From the human T2T-CHM13v2.0 reference genome, Homo sapiens: a DNA stretch of 64,000 bases. Shown in pieces: positions 1 to 15,614 of the stretch. Positions within the stretch are counted from its first letter, which is position 1; each line of letters opens with the position of its first letter. The position numbers were made by a program, and so were the translations under genes. The stretch lies in NCBI RefSeq assembly GCF_009914755.1, contig NC_060925.1. One strand, 5' to 3'. Under the pieces are notes generated by a model, which had not been told where the DNA came from, searched no databases, and saw only the letters and a program-made list of their open reading frames with translations.

Positions 1-439
1 GGACTTAACGGTGCTCCTAACCTGGCAGGGAAGACAGATGTAAATTGCTAATTATTGTACATTGTACTGAGTGTCATAATACAGTGTAAAATGCTCCAGT
101 TTATGAATTAGAGGAACTATGCTTTCAGCCTTTTATTCTGAGAAATGTGCCATTTAATAATAAAGAACTGGGATACGGGTTTTTTTTTCTAAAATTTGGG
201 GAAGACTACTTTGTTGAAAAGGAAAATGAAATTTCCAAGGGAATCAGGTTCATCCAGTCAAGCTATTGTGTTATTTTGTGTCTTTTCCTCTAAAAGTATT
301 CTAATGTCAAAAAATTTTTTAAATCAAGTTGACATAATACACACCTGCCCAGGGAACCTGGAGACCTGTAAAATAATTTAAAACCATTTTTTTATCATAT
401 CTTTAAAAAATACTGGCAAACATAGTAATAAGAATTTGA

Positions 440-714
440 GACTGGGTGTGGTGGCTCATGCCTGTAATCTCAGCACTTTGGGAGGCTGAGTTGGGCAGAT
501 CGCTTGAGGTCAGGAGTTTGAGACCAGCCTGGCCAACATAGCGAAATCCTGTCTCTACTAAAATACTTATAATCCTAGCTACTCCAGAGGCTGAGGCATG
601 GGAATCGCTTGAGCCCAGGAGGTGGAGGTTGCAGCCAGCTGAGATCACACCACTGCACTCTAGCCTGGGTGACAAAGCAAGACTCTGTCTCAAAAAACAA
701 ACAAACAAAAAAAA
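440..714 (+). mobile_element. Alu (J/S-type) with about 30-bp deletion at the linker
   Basis: Dimer; CTACTAAAATAC joins directly to TTATAATCCTAGCTAC; A/CAAA tail. Confidence 0.88.
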
Positions 715-717
715 CTT

Positions 718-818
718 GAACCCGGGAGGCGGTGCTTGCGGTGAGCAGAGATCACACCACTGCACTCCAGCCTGGGCGACAGAGTGAGACTCCGTCTCAA
801 AAAAAAAAAAAAAAAAAA
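718..818 (+). mobile_element. 5'-truncated AluY-like right-arm fragment in the tail of the preceding Alu
   Basis: GAACCCGGGAGGCGGTGCTTGC...GGCGACAGAGTGAGACTCCGTCTC then a pure A tail; A(n)CTT on both sides is a plausible TSD. Confidence 0.75.
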
Positions 819-2282
819 CTTCAGTGCTTTTCTTTGTTGGAACCTGTAACACTTTGCTTTTACATTATCATTGATTTTTAAAATTACTAATAACTTTTTG
901 AGACATGTAAAATCATGACAAATTCTACAGAAGTTCTATCAAAGCAAGTCATGTAGTGTGTTCAGGGTCCAGAACCTGAGTTCACCAGCTCCAGGCTGAT
1001 TCACTTTTGTCAGCTGCATCCAACCTAAGCCTAGAACCAGATTGAATCAAATGCTAAGTTTTAATGTCTTTCATTTGGTTCTTTTATTTAGTTCAGTGTT
1101 TCTTACTGCTAGCTGACTTGGCTCTGAATTTTGTTCCTGCCTCAAGCAAATTCTGAATATGCCCATCTATGGATTTGAACAGTAGGATGTTTTTTCAGAG
1201 GTGTGAAATGATCAGGCAGCTTGATAACTTTAGACATACTGTACGTTATGAAGCATTTTCTTGCTTCTTGTTGTCTTTTTCTGGTGGATTGAGTCAATGC
1301 AGTTGGTAGAATCTTTTCCACTTATGTTATTGAGGCATGTGGTTGAAAAGTGACCTTTAAATGGTGTGAGGTGGGTAGGCAGGGGATAAATTCTTACCAC
1401 AGTTTCTAGGATGAGGAAAGTGAAACTCAGAGGCCCAAATCTTCTGACTCACACAGTGATTCTGGGGCTGTCTGTAATATCTAAATGATGAGACTGATCT
1501 ACTTGCAAGGTCAGGGCATGTGGTCATTTTCTTGCTAGCCTTTGGATCACCAGGCTGTCAGCATTTTGAGGGGGAGTATTTGCATCTTGCTTTATTTGGA
1601 AGATTCAGCTTGAGGGAGTCATTATTAGAAGATTCTTAGAACACTTGAGCCCTCTGAAAATGAAAAGTCTCACATTTCCCTTCTACTTTGGCTCTCTGTT
1701 GGAGGGGAACACTTATGTCATTAAAAACATTGTACTTTGCTTATCTAATTCCCACTCTGTGTTCACATTAATAGCTTCCCATTGCTCTTAGGAACAATTC
1801 CATACTTCTTCAGACTATTTGCAATACTCACCAGAGCTTGACCCCTGCTTCTTTCAACAGTCTCATCTTTTTTTCCTCTTCTCATTTAAATTCTATGCTT
1901 CAGTTACCCTGAATTTCTTCGATTATTTCGGTTCCTTGCATGCAGCTTCTTTTCTGTTGCCTCTGGGCCTTTGAACATGCTGTTGGCTGGAGTACTTTTC
2001 CTGCCTTCTTCCCATAGGTAATTCCAATCCTTTACATCTAGCTCCTCTGCAAGCCCCTTGCTGAGCCCTAGACCAATTTCTGTATACTCCTACAGCATCG
2101 TCTTTTTCCCCGATAATGGGCTTTTTACATTGCAATTACTTCTTATGGTAGTCTGTCTTCTCTGGTAGACTAGATTCCTTTGGAAGGCAGGCCCAAGAAG
2201 CTGGTTTAAATTACTGGAGTCTGACTAAAAAGACTTTTATATTAGACTGGTATTTCCCAACATTTAAAAATTTATGAACTTG

Positions 2283-2580
2283 GGCAGGGCATGGTGGCTC
2301 ACGCCCATAATCCCAGCACTTTGGGAGGCTGAGGCGGGTAGATCACTTGAGACCAGGAGTTCAAGACCAACCTGGCCAACATGGTGTAACCCCATCTCTA
2401 CTAAAAATACAAAAATTAGCCGGGCATGGTGGCACACCATTGTAATTCCAGCTACTCGGGAGGCTGAGGCTCACTAGAATTGCTTGAACCCAGGAGGCAG
2501 AGGCCGCAGTGAGCCGAGATCATGCCACTGTACTCCAGCCTGGGCAACCAAGTGAGACTCTGTCTCAAAAAAAAAAAAAA
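2283..2580 (+). mobile_element. Alu (S-type)
   Basis: Full dimer with A tail; ATGAACTT repeated on both flanks. Confidence 0.9.
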
Positions 2581-3319
2581 TGAACTTCTTTCAGAGTAAT
2601 ATAATTTTGTGAACCCCCTCAGGAATTTAAAAAATAATGTCATTACTTTTATAGACTATTATAAAGCAAATTTATGTAAAATATTTTCTTTTACATCAAC
2701 ATTATTAAATTATTATACAGCTTATTTTAATATACACTTTAAAATTTAATAGCGTCCATTTTATATAAAGATGTTTTCTCATTTAATAGGTGATATACAC
2801 TAATTTATTTAAATGAATTATGTAAGCGTGTGATTTGTTTAAAATTTATAATAAAATATAGTGCTTAGTTTGAGACCAAATATACATTAAAAATATAGTT
2901 GGAAATTTAATTACTTGCTAACACATTTTTTAAAAATAAGAGAAACCTGCATTCTTGACCTAATGTTTGGAATTTTTGCATTTCACACTCTAGAATGACT
3001 GCTTCTTACATGTAATTTTTAAGTTTTGTTTCTACATGGTAGCGGTTACCACAGAGAGTTTCAACTGCATATCTACAAGGGAGTAACACCTTGTAGCTAT
3101 GGAATGCCTTTCCTCTAACAGTTACAAAGCCAATTTGGATATGTTTATCTCTATATCTTATGTCTTTAATATTGGATTTTGAAATACTAAAGATTTAATC
3201 AGGTAAATGTAACCTAGTGATCTGGTGAAAATCATCTAGATGTGAATTGGATGGCTTGGTACTGTTTTTTATGCTTCTAGTTGACAATTGGGTTTTATCA
3301 ATGTCTTAGACTTCTTGTT

Positions 3320-3655
<336 letters not shown>

Positions 3656-4570
3656 TAATCCACAGTCCACTATGACTGTACATTTTATGATATATGACAA
3701 AGAATAAGAGCAGTGAAAAACTGTAGAATGCTCATACCATCTTGGCCTAAGTGGTGGTTGCAAAACCACCATGGCCTAGATAATGATGTTTATTAGCTCA
3801 TCACCCCTAATCATTGTGCATACTCACTTGATATATCTGAGGCTCTAAACTGCCCAATTATAAAGGGATAATTGGGAAAACAATAAGGTTGTTGATTTTT
3901 TAAAAAAGGAAACGAAGGAGTTGCCATGATTGCGGTTAGCAGTGTGAAGACCCTGGAAGACCTGCTTGAACTTCTGGGGTGTTCACAGTCTATTGCTTGG
4001 TCAGGAGCCTTAGAAAACTTAGACATATGTGTTAGGAGACCAGGTTTTGAAACTTGCTCAGGGTTGCATAAACTTCTACATTAAGTTCCATGATGCCAGA
4101 TTAGTAGTCCACATTTGCATAGTAGACATGCTGTTGCTGTTCCTTTTCTTATCACGAAAAGAGCAGAAGATGCAGATTATACCTGAGACAGAAAGATACA
4201 GGGGAGATACTGAGCTTGTCGCCTACCTTTGGGCGCCTCTCATGCCTTGTATTTCACATTGAGCCTCACTTATCAGTGACACAGGGAATGGTCCTTTTGC
4301 TCTCCACCTTCCCCATGGCTGCCTGGAGGCAGGGGAGGCAGATTGTGCCACTTGCTGACATTGTGTTGCTGTGGATTAGTTGGAGGGACAGGGACAGGAA
4401 ACTTTCCTGGTGGTGCATGTGTCACTGGGGCTCACACGGGTACTTTTAAATCTTCTTCTCACTGGCCTCTGTGATTCTGTGAACCTGGTTATTACATGTT
4501 CAAAAAGTGTCAGCTTATTTGAAAGGGATATTCTTATTTTGTATTTAAACATTACGAAAGATCATCACAC

Positions 4571-4859
4571 TTTTTTTTGGAGACAGAGTGTTGCTCTGTC
4601 ACCCAGGCTGGAGTGCAGCGGTGTGATCTCGGCTCAGTGCAATCTTTGCCTTGTGGGCTCAAGCGGTTCTCATGGCTTGGCTTCCTGAATAGCTGGGCTT
4701 ACAGGTGCACCACCATGCCTGGCTACTTTTTGTATTTTTAGTAGAGATGGGGTTCTGCCATGTTGGCCAGGCTGGTCTTGAACTCCTGGCCTCAAGTGAT
4801 CTGCCTGCCTCAGCCTCCCAAAGTACTGGGATTACAGGTGTGAGCCACCACACCTGGCC
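4571..4859 (-). mobile_element. Alu (S/J-type)
   Basis: Full dimer; TSD CATCACACTTTTT. Confidence 0.9.
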
Positions 4860-5359
4860 CATCACACTTTTTGGGTTTCAGGATGCCAACAGATCCTGGA
4901 TTCTGGCATCTGGATTATGGTAGCAATATTGAAAAAAATATTATAGTGGGGAGTAAAATTTAGGAAAACCTTGCAAATTTTTATTCTTACTCAGGAGCTT
5001 TGTCTTCATACTCCATGGTCAGCCCTGGGCAATTAAAACTTTTGTTCCAGTAAAGGTTTCATTCTAAAGAGGTTTCATTAATTATGAAAAATTCCCCGTG
5101 GGCATTACATTGTGAATCCTTTTGTAGCTATCATAAATAATGAAGGAAAAACACTTGTCAAAATATAGCAGAGGTGACTAGATAATGCATCTCTCCTTTG
5201 ATTTTTGATGGGTTTCCTTTTTTAATTTTTAAAGGAATAACTCTTGCTTATTTTTTTAAAAAAGTAAATACTCATTATAAAAAATTCAAGCAAAACTGTA
5301 AAGTAAAAAGAAGCCAGCAATAAATTGTTCCAAATCCCATCACCCAAAAAACAGCTCTT

Positions 5360-6880
5360 GATTCATTCATTCAATGTGCCTTTATTGAGTGCTTACTCTA
5401 TGTGAGGCACTGTGGCATCGGGGATCAGCAGGGAACAAAGTGAAGTCCCTACCATCATGGAACTTACACTCTAGTGGGAGGAGAAAATGATAAACACCTA
5501 AATAGATTTACAAGTGGCATGAAGAAAAATTAAAATGAGGTAAGAGCATAGAGAGTGTCGGGGCACTTTCAGATGGAGTGGTCACAAAGGCTGCTGTGAG
5601 CAGAGAGCTCAATGAAGTGAGAGAGCTAACCACGTGACTGTGGGGAAGTATGCTTCCAGCGAAGGGAAGCATATGCAAAGGCCCTGAGGTGGGTGTTTGC
5701 TTGCCATGTTCTATGACCAGAGAGGCCAGTGTAGCTGGGGGCCAGTGAGTAAGGGTGAACTGGGCCATGTAAGGTTTTGGAAAGCCATTACCTTTTCTCC
5801 ACTGGGAAGCCATTGAAAGATGATGAGCAGGGCTGCAGTGTGGAGAGTAGACTGCAGGGAAGCAAGGGAGGAGGCAGCAAGACCAGTTAGGAGCTACCAC
5901 AGCAATTCAGAACAAAATGAGGCTGAGTTGCACTGTTCAAAAGGTGGAAGGGATAGGAAGGGTTGAATTCTAGACTCATTTTGAAGGTAGAGCTGATAGG
6001 ATTTGCTCATGAATTGGATTGGGAATTTGTAAGAGAAGAGTCAATAATAACTCTGAAGATTTGTGGCCTGGCAGGTGAATGGTGGTACCGTTACTGGGGT
6101 AGGGAACGTGCTGGGGTGTGGTCAGGATGGGGTGTCAAGAGTTCAGGTTCGGGCATGTTAAGTTCTAGGTACCTGTTAGATGGCTATGAGGAAATGGTAA
6201 GTCAGTTGGAGGCTGGAGTTGACTGAGAGATCTAGACTGTAGATACAGATTTGGGAATCACCAGACATAGAATGGAATGGGATCTGATAGGAAGCAAGGA
6301 GAGATAGAAAACAGATCCTATGACTGAATCATGCATGGGGCATTTCAGCATTTAGATGTTGGAAAAGGAGAGGGCCCAACAAAGGAGACAGAATGTGTGT
6401 CTGTAGCATATCAAGAGAGTGTGGTGTTCTCAGGCCAGTGATGGTGGTGGTGGAGTCTCAAGAGTTGGCAATATTTAGCCATGTGCAGGTCATTACCACC
6501 CACCACAAGAGTGGTAGAAGCAAGAGCCTGGTTACAGTGGCCTTAAGAGAAAAAGGGAAGAAAGAAGGTGGAGGCAGGGAGTACGGACACCATTTTGAGT
6601 CTTAATGTAAAGAGAAGCCACGATGAAAAGGTAGGTGGGTTGGGAGAAGGGAAGAGATCAAGGAAAATATGCGTTTGTTTGTTTAATAAGATGGGAGAAA
6701 ATACAGTGTGTTTGACTGCTGCTGGTAATGGGCCAGTAGAGATGGAAAATGATGATACGGAAAATAAGAGTGTATAATTTTAGGAGGAAAGGGCTTGAGT
6801 AAGCAAGAAGGGGTGGGTTCTGGTTTGCAGGTAGAAAGATAAACCTAGGTTAGAGGCTGAGACAGGGCAGGCAGGTAGGA
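5360..6880 (-). mobile_element. LINE-2 relic
   Basis: Starts with TTCATTCATTCAA...TTTATTGAGTGCTTACT (L2 3' end, reversed), then a purine-rich L2-like body. Right boundary approximate. Confidence 0.65.
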
Positions 6881-8134
6881 GGGGAAGGCTCTGGATTTGG
6901 TAATGGTGCATATGGACTTTCTCTTCCAGTGTTAACATTTGGTACACATAAACAGAAGGGTGGCTGGTGAGGGTGAAATAATTTTATAAGAATGGCATTA
7001 TACCATATGTACTATAAAAATAAAAATAACTGCATTTCTTTTTACTTGAATTTAACAGAAGAAAAGAAAACTGAAATGAAAGTGAAAGAGCTGCTGTACT
7101 TTTTTCTCTACCAAAGATAATAGTTCCTAAAAGTTTTCTCTAAGGTTAAAAAAAGATTATGAAAACTGTTAGGAGGCTAAAGTCACTATTAATATTTTTA
7201 AAGACATTTTTAGTTATATCTTCACTTTAGATGATTGTCTGGAAGAATTAGGTAATTCGTGTTTTTAAACTTCCTTGCACTACTCTTCCTATCTCTCAAT
7301 TTTTATAGCTTATCTTTTTTTTGTTGTTTCTTTTTTTGCCTTGGCAATTTTCTAACATTTACATTCCAACTTGCATGCTCCCATTTTTTGGTCTTGGTGC
7401 CATATGTAGCCACTTGTTCTTTGATCGTGGCTTTCCTGTTCCTGTGGTTTTTGTTTTGATTGATCTACTGGGTGCAAGATTTCTGTTTCTCAAGACGAGT
7501 TCGTGGGTGCTACATAGGCTGAGATCTTTCAAGTTGCAGAGGAAGAGAGATGTCTGAACCTTTTTTACACTTGAGTGATGACTCAGCTTCTCCTAATATT
7601 CTTGGATCACAGTTGCTCTCTATCAGAATTTTTTAAGACATGGCTACTTTATCTTCAGGCCTTGAATATTGCTGTGGAGAAGTCTGAGACCAATCTGGGT
7701 TTCTGCTGTATTTTGTTAGCAATCCATTGATTCTTAAATAACTCTTTCTTTATCCTTGAAGGGCAAAAATTTAAACATTATAAGTCTTTGTTGATTTTTC
7801 TGTGTTCATTTCATGATATATTATGGGCCTTTTCTATTCACAGATTTAGTTCTCTGGATATTTTTTTCTGTTTTATTTATTGTCTTCCTCTGCATTTATT
7901 GTGAGTCTCTTAAGCCTTTTTTTTACACACCATTAATTAGATATTTAAAAACTTTTTATTATAAAAAATTTCAAATATATACAGTAGAGAGACTAGTGTT
8001 ATGGATTCTCATGTACCCATCATGCTACTTTGATAATCATCAGCTCAGGGCCAATTTTGTTTTATCTGTATCCCTCACCCATTCCCACTCTCCTCCATTA
8101 CTTTGAAACAATAGCAGATATAATTTATCTTTGA

Positions 8135-8464
<330 letters not shown>

Positions 8465-9229
8465 GGACTGTTTTTTTTTTTGGTGTTTTGTTTTGTTTTT
8501 TTAAACTTAACCACTAATAAGTTTCATCTAGTCTGTTTATAATCTTTTTACTAAATATATAACAACATTGCCTTGTGGTGTTTAGATCAGCAACTTCTTT
8601 GCTCCAAAGGTACAGTGAATGATGACGGTTGCTGGGCCTCAAAATAAGGAAGACGAAACTAAGAGAACAGGCCACAGGACTCTCCCTGATGTTGAATGGC
8701 AGCACCTTAGATTGGGCAACAGTAACATGAGTTGCATACATAGGAAGTGCCCACTGGTTCCTGGGTGTTCTCTGAATTTCTAGTGCTCACGTGAACTGTG
8801 GAGGGCAAAGGAGGAGGATACGGAATGTACAGTTTCTTTTACAGCAATAAGTGAAACTTAGGCCCTTTCTGATTTAATAATAGCCCATGAAGAAGGAGCT
8901 GAGTGGTTTGAAGACTGTTCTAGTTCTGCCTTTGGTGGCCATGTGGTTTATTCCACAGCTTTTCAAACTGCAGGTTGAGACCTTTTACTAAATCATGAAA
9001 GCAAATTAGTGAGCCACAACCAGCATTTAAAAAGTTATAGAAAATATCAGAGTTCATGACTAAGGATAAATGTTGTTTCATGACACTTTTCAGTTGTGTG
9101 TGTATGTGTGTGTGCATGTGTGTTGGATTGCCAAAGTTTGAAGCCACTAGTTTTGTTCAATTCCTATCACTTTCTGTACCTTCTTTATCGAAAAGTTAAA
9201 GGATCAAAGAACCTATGGGATAGATTTTA

Positions 9230-9780
<551 letters not shown>

Positions 9781-12700
9781 TCTCTGCGGCCTCTCCAGTG
9801 GATAGCATCTCTAGATGATGGCATGGACTTTTTCCTGCTATTGCCTTCAAGAAGAAATGGTAAAAAGGTGGTTCCCCCTCTTTCCCAACACATACACCTA
9901 AACATTCAGAGTTAAGACAGCGAGAATGAGGATTCTTAATTTGGTGAAGGTGAAGGAATTCGGGGATTCTTTTTGTTAACCAATCAACATTGCCAGCCTA
10001 GCACTAAAAGATTCCACTATGACAGACAACCACATGAGGCCGTATCTCAGCATTAGAAACAAATGGATGGGGGAGAGTGGTTAAGAGCACTGATTTTAAG
10101 AATTAAACACATCTAGGTTCAAATCCTGTTGTGATCTGTTACTGTCTGAGTGAGCTTAGGCAGTTAACTGATCTCTCTGAACCTCAGTGGTCCCTCTTTG
10201 TGAAATGGGAGGAATCGTGGTTGCCTTTTAATGGAGGCTTACTAGGCATCAGGCATGTAGCAAGCACTTTATATTCTCCATCTCTTTTATTCTTCATAAC
10301 AATCCAGTGGAGTGGCTGCTATTACAAACTCCATTTTGTAGATAATGAAAACAACTTAGAGAGATTAAGTGTCTTGTTCAGGGAGACACAGGTACCAGGT
10401 GGCAGAACTACAATTAAAATCCAAGTTTTTCTGAATGCGGTCTATCCTCTTAATCACTCAGCTTTGCTGTGAACTAATCTCCCTGGGGTGTTTTGAGGAT
10501 TAAGTGAGATACCTTTATACTTGAATAGTGACTCAATAGGAGCCTACTTGGCACATAATAAGCACTTAATAAATGGGATATGTGATTACTAGTAAATATA
10601 TAAGATGTGTCTGCCTATAACTTTTGTGGGGACAGTTTACCTTTCCATAAAAAAAAACTGTGGTCAACTAAATCAGTTCTTATAACCAACCAGTCACTTC
10701 ACATGTATATTGAGTTGTTGAAAAATAAATGGTTATCTATTCTGAAGGATCTGCTGGGCAGATTCTTTCATTGGAATAAGTTTTGTCAAGGACGGGACTG
10801 TCTACCCAACATCCAGAACAGTACCTGTCACAAGGTAGGTGTCTTAGTCTAGAGTCCTTGAAAATATAAATTAGAGGGAGAGGCAAAAGCGTACACTTCA
10901 TTTGCAAGAGTCATCCCAGGGAAGCAGGAATGGGGAGAAAGGGAAGGAGGGAGAACATAACAAGAGATTGCTTATAAGTTGACTATAGCTTCATGAGAGG
11001 ATGATTGCTTGGTCTTGTGGGACATCTTCACGTAACTATGTGAAGCTACTGCATCTCTGAACAGTCCACTGGGGCAAGGAGGGAAAATATTTCATTCTTC
11101 AATTTCTATCTCCTGTAGGTCAAAGTTTGATTCTTGGAGCCTCCACTTCTCTGTACTTGTTGTTGACATGACTGCTGATTGAATAGGTCACTCCAAGTCT
11201 CATGCTTCAGTAGCAGGAGAGAAAGCCTGGGTGGGATTGAGAGTCACGCAGCAGGGGTAGAAGGCAATGCACTGTCAGGCTGGTGCATCAACAACATATG
11301 AAGGCCCAGGAACAGCCATTGCAACAGGAACTGGGCAGACTGTTTCAGCCAGCAGCAAGGTAGTTGTGTTCATCTGGGGTGATGCATAAACTGAATCTGG
11401 CAGAGCAGGCCCTCAATAATGATAGACTTCTCATTGCCAAGGTTAATGAGCTCTTTGCCTTGCTGTCTTATTTAAATACTCCATAGTTATTGACACTTTT
11501 GTACATCTCTCTTCATTCTTAATCTACTTTCCTATCTCTCCTTGCTTTGCTTTCCACCTAAATGGGGATATCCTAAGCCTACATCTTTTTAATTCTACAT
11601 GCTGTCTATGGACAGCTGCATTCACTTTGCTGGTTAACTTCCTAACTGCCATCTATAATATTTGCTGATGGCTCCCAAGTGTCTATTTCTAGACTTGACC
11701 TCTCCTGAGAACAGAAGGAGAATACAACTGCCTTTTCCAGTAGGATGCTTTGTAGGCATTTCACGGGCCAACTGAACTTCTTGGTCTTCTTTAATCATTT
11801 TTGTTTGTCCTTCTCACTGGTAACGAATAGGTGCTTGGTCCCTGCTTGTTGAACTAAACTTGAAACAATGTGCCAGTACTTATGCTAAGCTGGGTCCTGC
11901 ACAAAATGAAGTGAACTCTCCAGAGCCAGCTCTACAGGAACGTAGGGTCTGGATTTTAATATTGATCTGGTTTGTTTTCAACTCGATTGTGTTGGAGCCT
12001 TGAGAACATACAGTGTGCCTTTGTCCTCTAAGAGAGTGGACATGTTTGAACTGACATTTGGTCTTTTCAGGAATTGTTTGGTAGGAAATTTCTTGGATTT
12101 TTACTCTCCTTGAGCTTTGACTCTTCTTGGGCTGTCCTGCTTTTCAAGACTCTCATTTTGCTTTGTCCAGAGTTTACAGAGCCCTTTAGAACTGTGTTTG
12201 TATCTGTTCTGCTCATCAGGCATGCAGGACCCTCTCTGCTGGCCCTGGCCTGCTTATTTACCCCTTCTCTTCATACTCTTCTGTGTGAACCTTCAAGTCA
12301 CAAGGCTTCTCACAGCCTCCTGAGCTTCATCTGCCCATTTTAGCCTCTTTGACTTTGCTTTGCTAACTACAGCCCTTCATCTGTCATCCCCCTCGCTTCT
12401 GTTTAAATCCCCCCCACCCAAGGTCTCAAGAGGTCCATGCTAGATTTTACTGATTTCTTCCTCTCTTAATGTAGTCTGGGACCATTATTTTGGCACTTAG
12501 GATGCCAGTCTTATACTCTTAAATATTTTTGCATTTAGTCCTCCTTTTCTCCAATTCAATTGTAAGCTCCTTGAGAGTAAGAGACTGTCTTACATTTTCT
12601 TGTGTAAATATCTTACATTTTCATGTGTGTTCCAATGATTCATCACCCAGATCTTCCCACAGAGTTGGTGTTAGATAAATATTTGCTGGGTTTGTTGGTT

Positions 12701-14082
12701 GATTATCGTGGTCCTTGGGAACTGACTTGCAGCTTGTCACTAGCAATGAATCAGGAGCATCAGACTAGGTGACATTTCCCAGAGGAGCTGCTGGTCTTCA
12801 CATCCTGCATCTTTAGTTTGTGGTACAAGTTAATTCTAAATTTTGGACCTTGAGAATTCTGTTTCTTAAACATCTCAGGCAAGACCTAGGAGCTAAAATT
12901 ACTACTTTGGCATTTGATGTGGCAGCTTTTTCACTTGGGATCCTTTTGTCTTTAACTTGCTTTTGAGTCACTTGAAAGAACTAAGGCAGCCTGCCAAAGT
13001 AGTCACGATGATATTGAAATATCCCTCTCATTGGCTTTATGAGATTGTCTTCTGTGCATTCACTTGGGGCTGGAAAGTTAATGGATGACTGAACGTCTTT
13101 TGGAAACTTGTAGGGCCATTTTTCTTCTTCTCTTTCCCACTAGCTGGTTTCTCTTTGTTACCAAAGGTGCATGCATTGTTTTTAGGTAGTGTGGAGTTAA
13201 TGTAAGGGGAGGAGTGTTTCTTTCTTTCATAGCTTTGGAATAATCTACCGCACAGGGCAGACAGTTTTGAAGATGGCCATGTTTAAAGTCCATCAGAGAA
13301 AACTACAGTCAAAAGGAAAGCCAGGGAGGCCAGAGTTCCAGTCACAACTGCCCCCACTACCCCCTTCCTCCCACCAAGATTACTGTCTTACCTTTGAACC
13401 CAAGGATGTCTCTTATGGCTCCAGTTTGCTGACTACTGTGAAGGGAAGTATGGTTTGGAATCATACTATAGAGTCATGGGCTCTAAAGTACGTGTTATTG
13501 CTAATGATTGGTGTTGGTATGTGCAGGGATTTTCCACTCATGGAATTCTCCTACTCATTTTGACCTCTCTACCATTCAGCTTGTATTGCTCATTAATGTT
13601 CACTCCATTTCTTCATTTAGACAGCATAGGACTACATCCAGCAGACTTCCTTCACTGTGATCTTGCTTCAACTCCATTTATTACATTCATCATGACACAA
13701 ACTTTTACCAGCTCCATTTCTGGCTGCTTGAGATCCAAACTACTCTATTGGCCTTTGGAGCTATTCCTCCTCTTGCACCTTTATCTTTGACCAAGCCTCA
13801 GTGCCACCTTTTGTTCCAGTAAGGACATCTTCCTCCCTACCCCACAGAGAGGCCACGCTCAAACATTCCTATCTCTTGGTGTACGTTTTCTCTTACTCTG
13901 GAATATCCTCTCCTCACCCTTCATTTACTGAAATCCTACTCTTCCTCAGAATACTACTTCAGATTTCTGTTTCCTTCCCTTTCTCTCTCTCTTTCTCCTC
14001 TCCTGCCTTCCCTCCACAAACTTGGAGGCCTACTATAATGCTAGGTGTTGTTCTGGGTCCCACAAGTACATTAGTCAACTGA

Positions 14083-14400
<318 letters not shown>

Positions 14401-14742
14401 CAAATTTCTTCTTTTCAAGAAGTTTAGACTACCTCCAGAAGCCTGACTATAGTAATGGGATTCCCCACTGATCTTCCTGAGCTTTCAACACTTTCATTGT
14501 AGTATTTATTCTTAATTTCATGTCCTTATAGTATACAATAACATAATTTCTGTACTATATAATTATATATCTTGTGCAATTATGTAATATGAATTGTTAT
14601 GTGAAATTTTGAAATGTATATTTGGATCATGTCTTCACAATTAGATTGTAATTTCTTGAGAACAGGGAACTTCATACTTCAGAAATCCTCACTTTATCCA
14701 TTACCGCCCCTTTGCAAGGGACCAAAAATCCAAGGCAAAGTG

Positions 14743-14914
14743 GTTTTTTTGTTTGTTTCTTTTTTATGTATCTTTTATTTTATTTATTTTATTTTTTTGA
14801 GATGAGGTCTTGCTATGTTGACCAGGCTGGTCTCAGACTTCCGGCTTCAAGCAGTCCTCCCATCTGGGCCTCCCAAAGTGCTAGGATTACAGGTGTGAGC
14901 CACCATGCCTGGCC
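14743..14914 (-). mobile_element. FLAM / Alu left monomer with long decayed tail
   Basis: Single left-arm monomer; TSD AGGCAAAGTG. Confidence 0.8.
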
Positions 14915-15319
14915 TAGGCAAAGTGTTTTAAGCGAAAATTGAATGAATTGACTTGTGTCACTGAAAGGTCCAGGGATAGGGCTGGCTTCTCATCGTGACT
15001 TCATTCAGATACTCATGTTTCCTTCTCCCCATCTCTCAGCTCTGCTTCTCTGGGCCAACTCCATTCTCAAATGGGCTTTCCACTCACGGTAGCAAGATGG
15101 CAGTGGCAGTGTCACACTCTCTTTGTCCCCAGGTCTTCCATCTCCCAGCCAAGGCCTGGATTTGAGAAAGCACACTATCTTTGGAGAGGGCAGGGGTGGG
15201 ATCAGTTTTACTGAAAGCATGTGGACCGAGAGTGGGGAAAACATGGATATAAGGAATGAAAAACAATTATTTCAGAAACATAATAGCTATTTGTTGGTTG
15301 GTTGTGCCTTATGTATTTA

Positions 15320-15614
15320 GTTTTTTGAGACAGGGTGTTGCTCTGTCACCCAGGCTGGAGTATAGTGGCACAATCACGGCTCACTGTGGCCTTGACCTCC
15401 TGGGCTCAAGCAAGCCTCCCACCTCAGCCTCCCAAGTAGCTGGGACTAAAGGCATGCACCACCTCCCCCCGCCAGCTAACTTAAAAAAAAAATTTGTAGA
15501 GCTGGGATTTTGCCATGTTGCCCAGGCTCGTCTGGAACTCCTGAGCTCTAGTAATCGGCCCACCTCGGCTTCCCAAAGTCCTGGGATTACAGGGGTGAGC
15601 CACTGTGCCTGGCC
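15320..15614 (-). mobile_element. AluJ
   Basis: Diverged dimer with CTCCTGGGCTCAAGC in the right arm. Confidence 0.85.

Noticed and set aside
403-852. Alu-derived ORFs here and throughout (e.g. 15256, 38815, 60698)
   Set aside because: Stereotyped Alu translations with no coding evidence.
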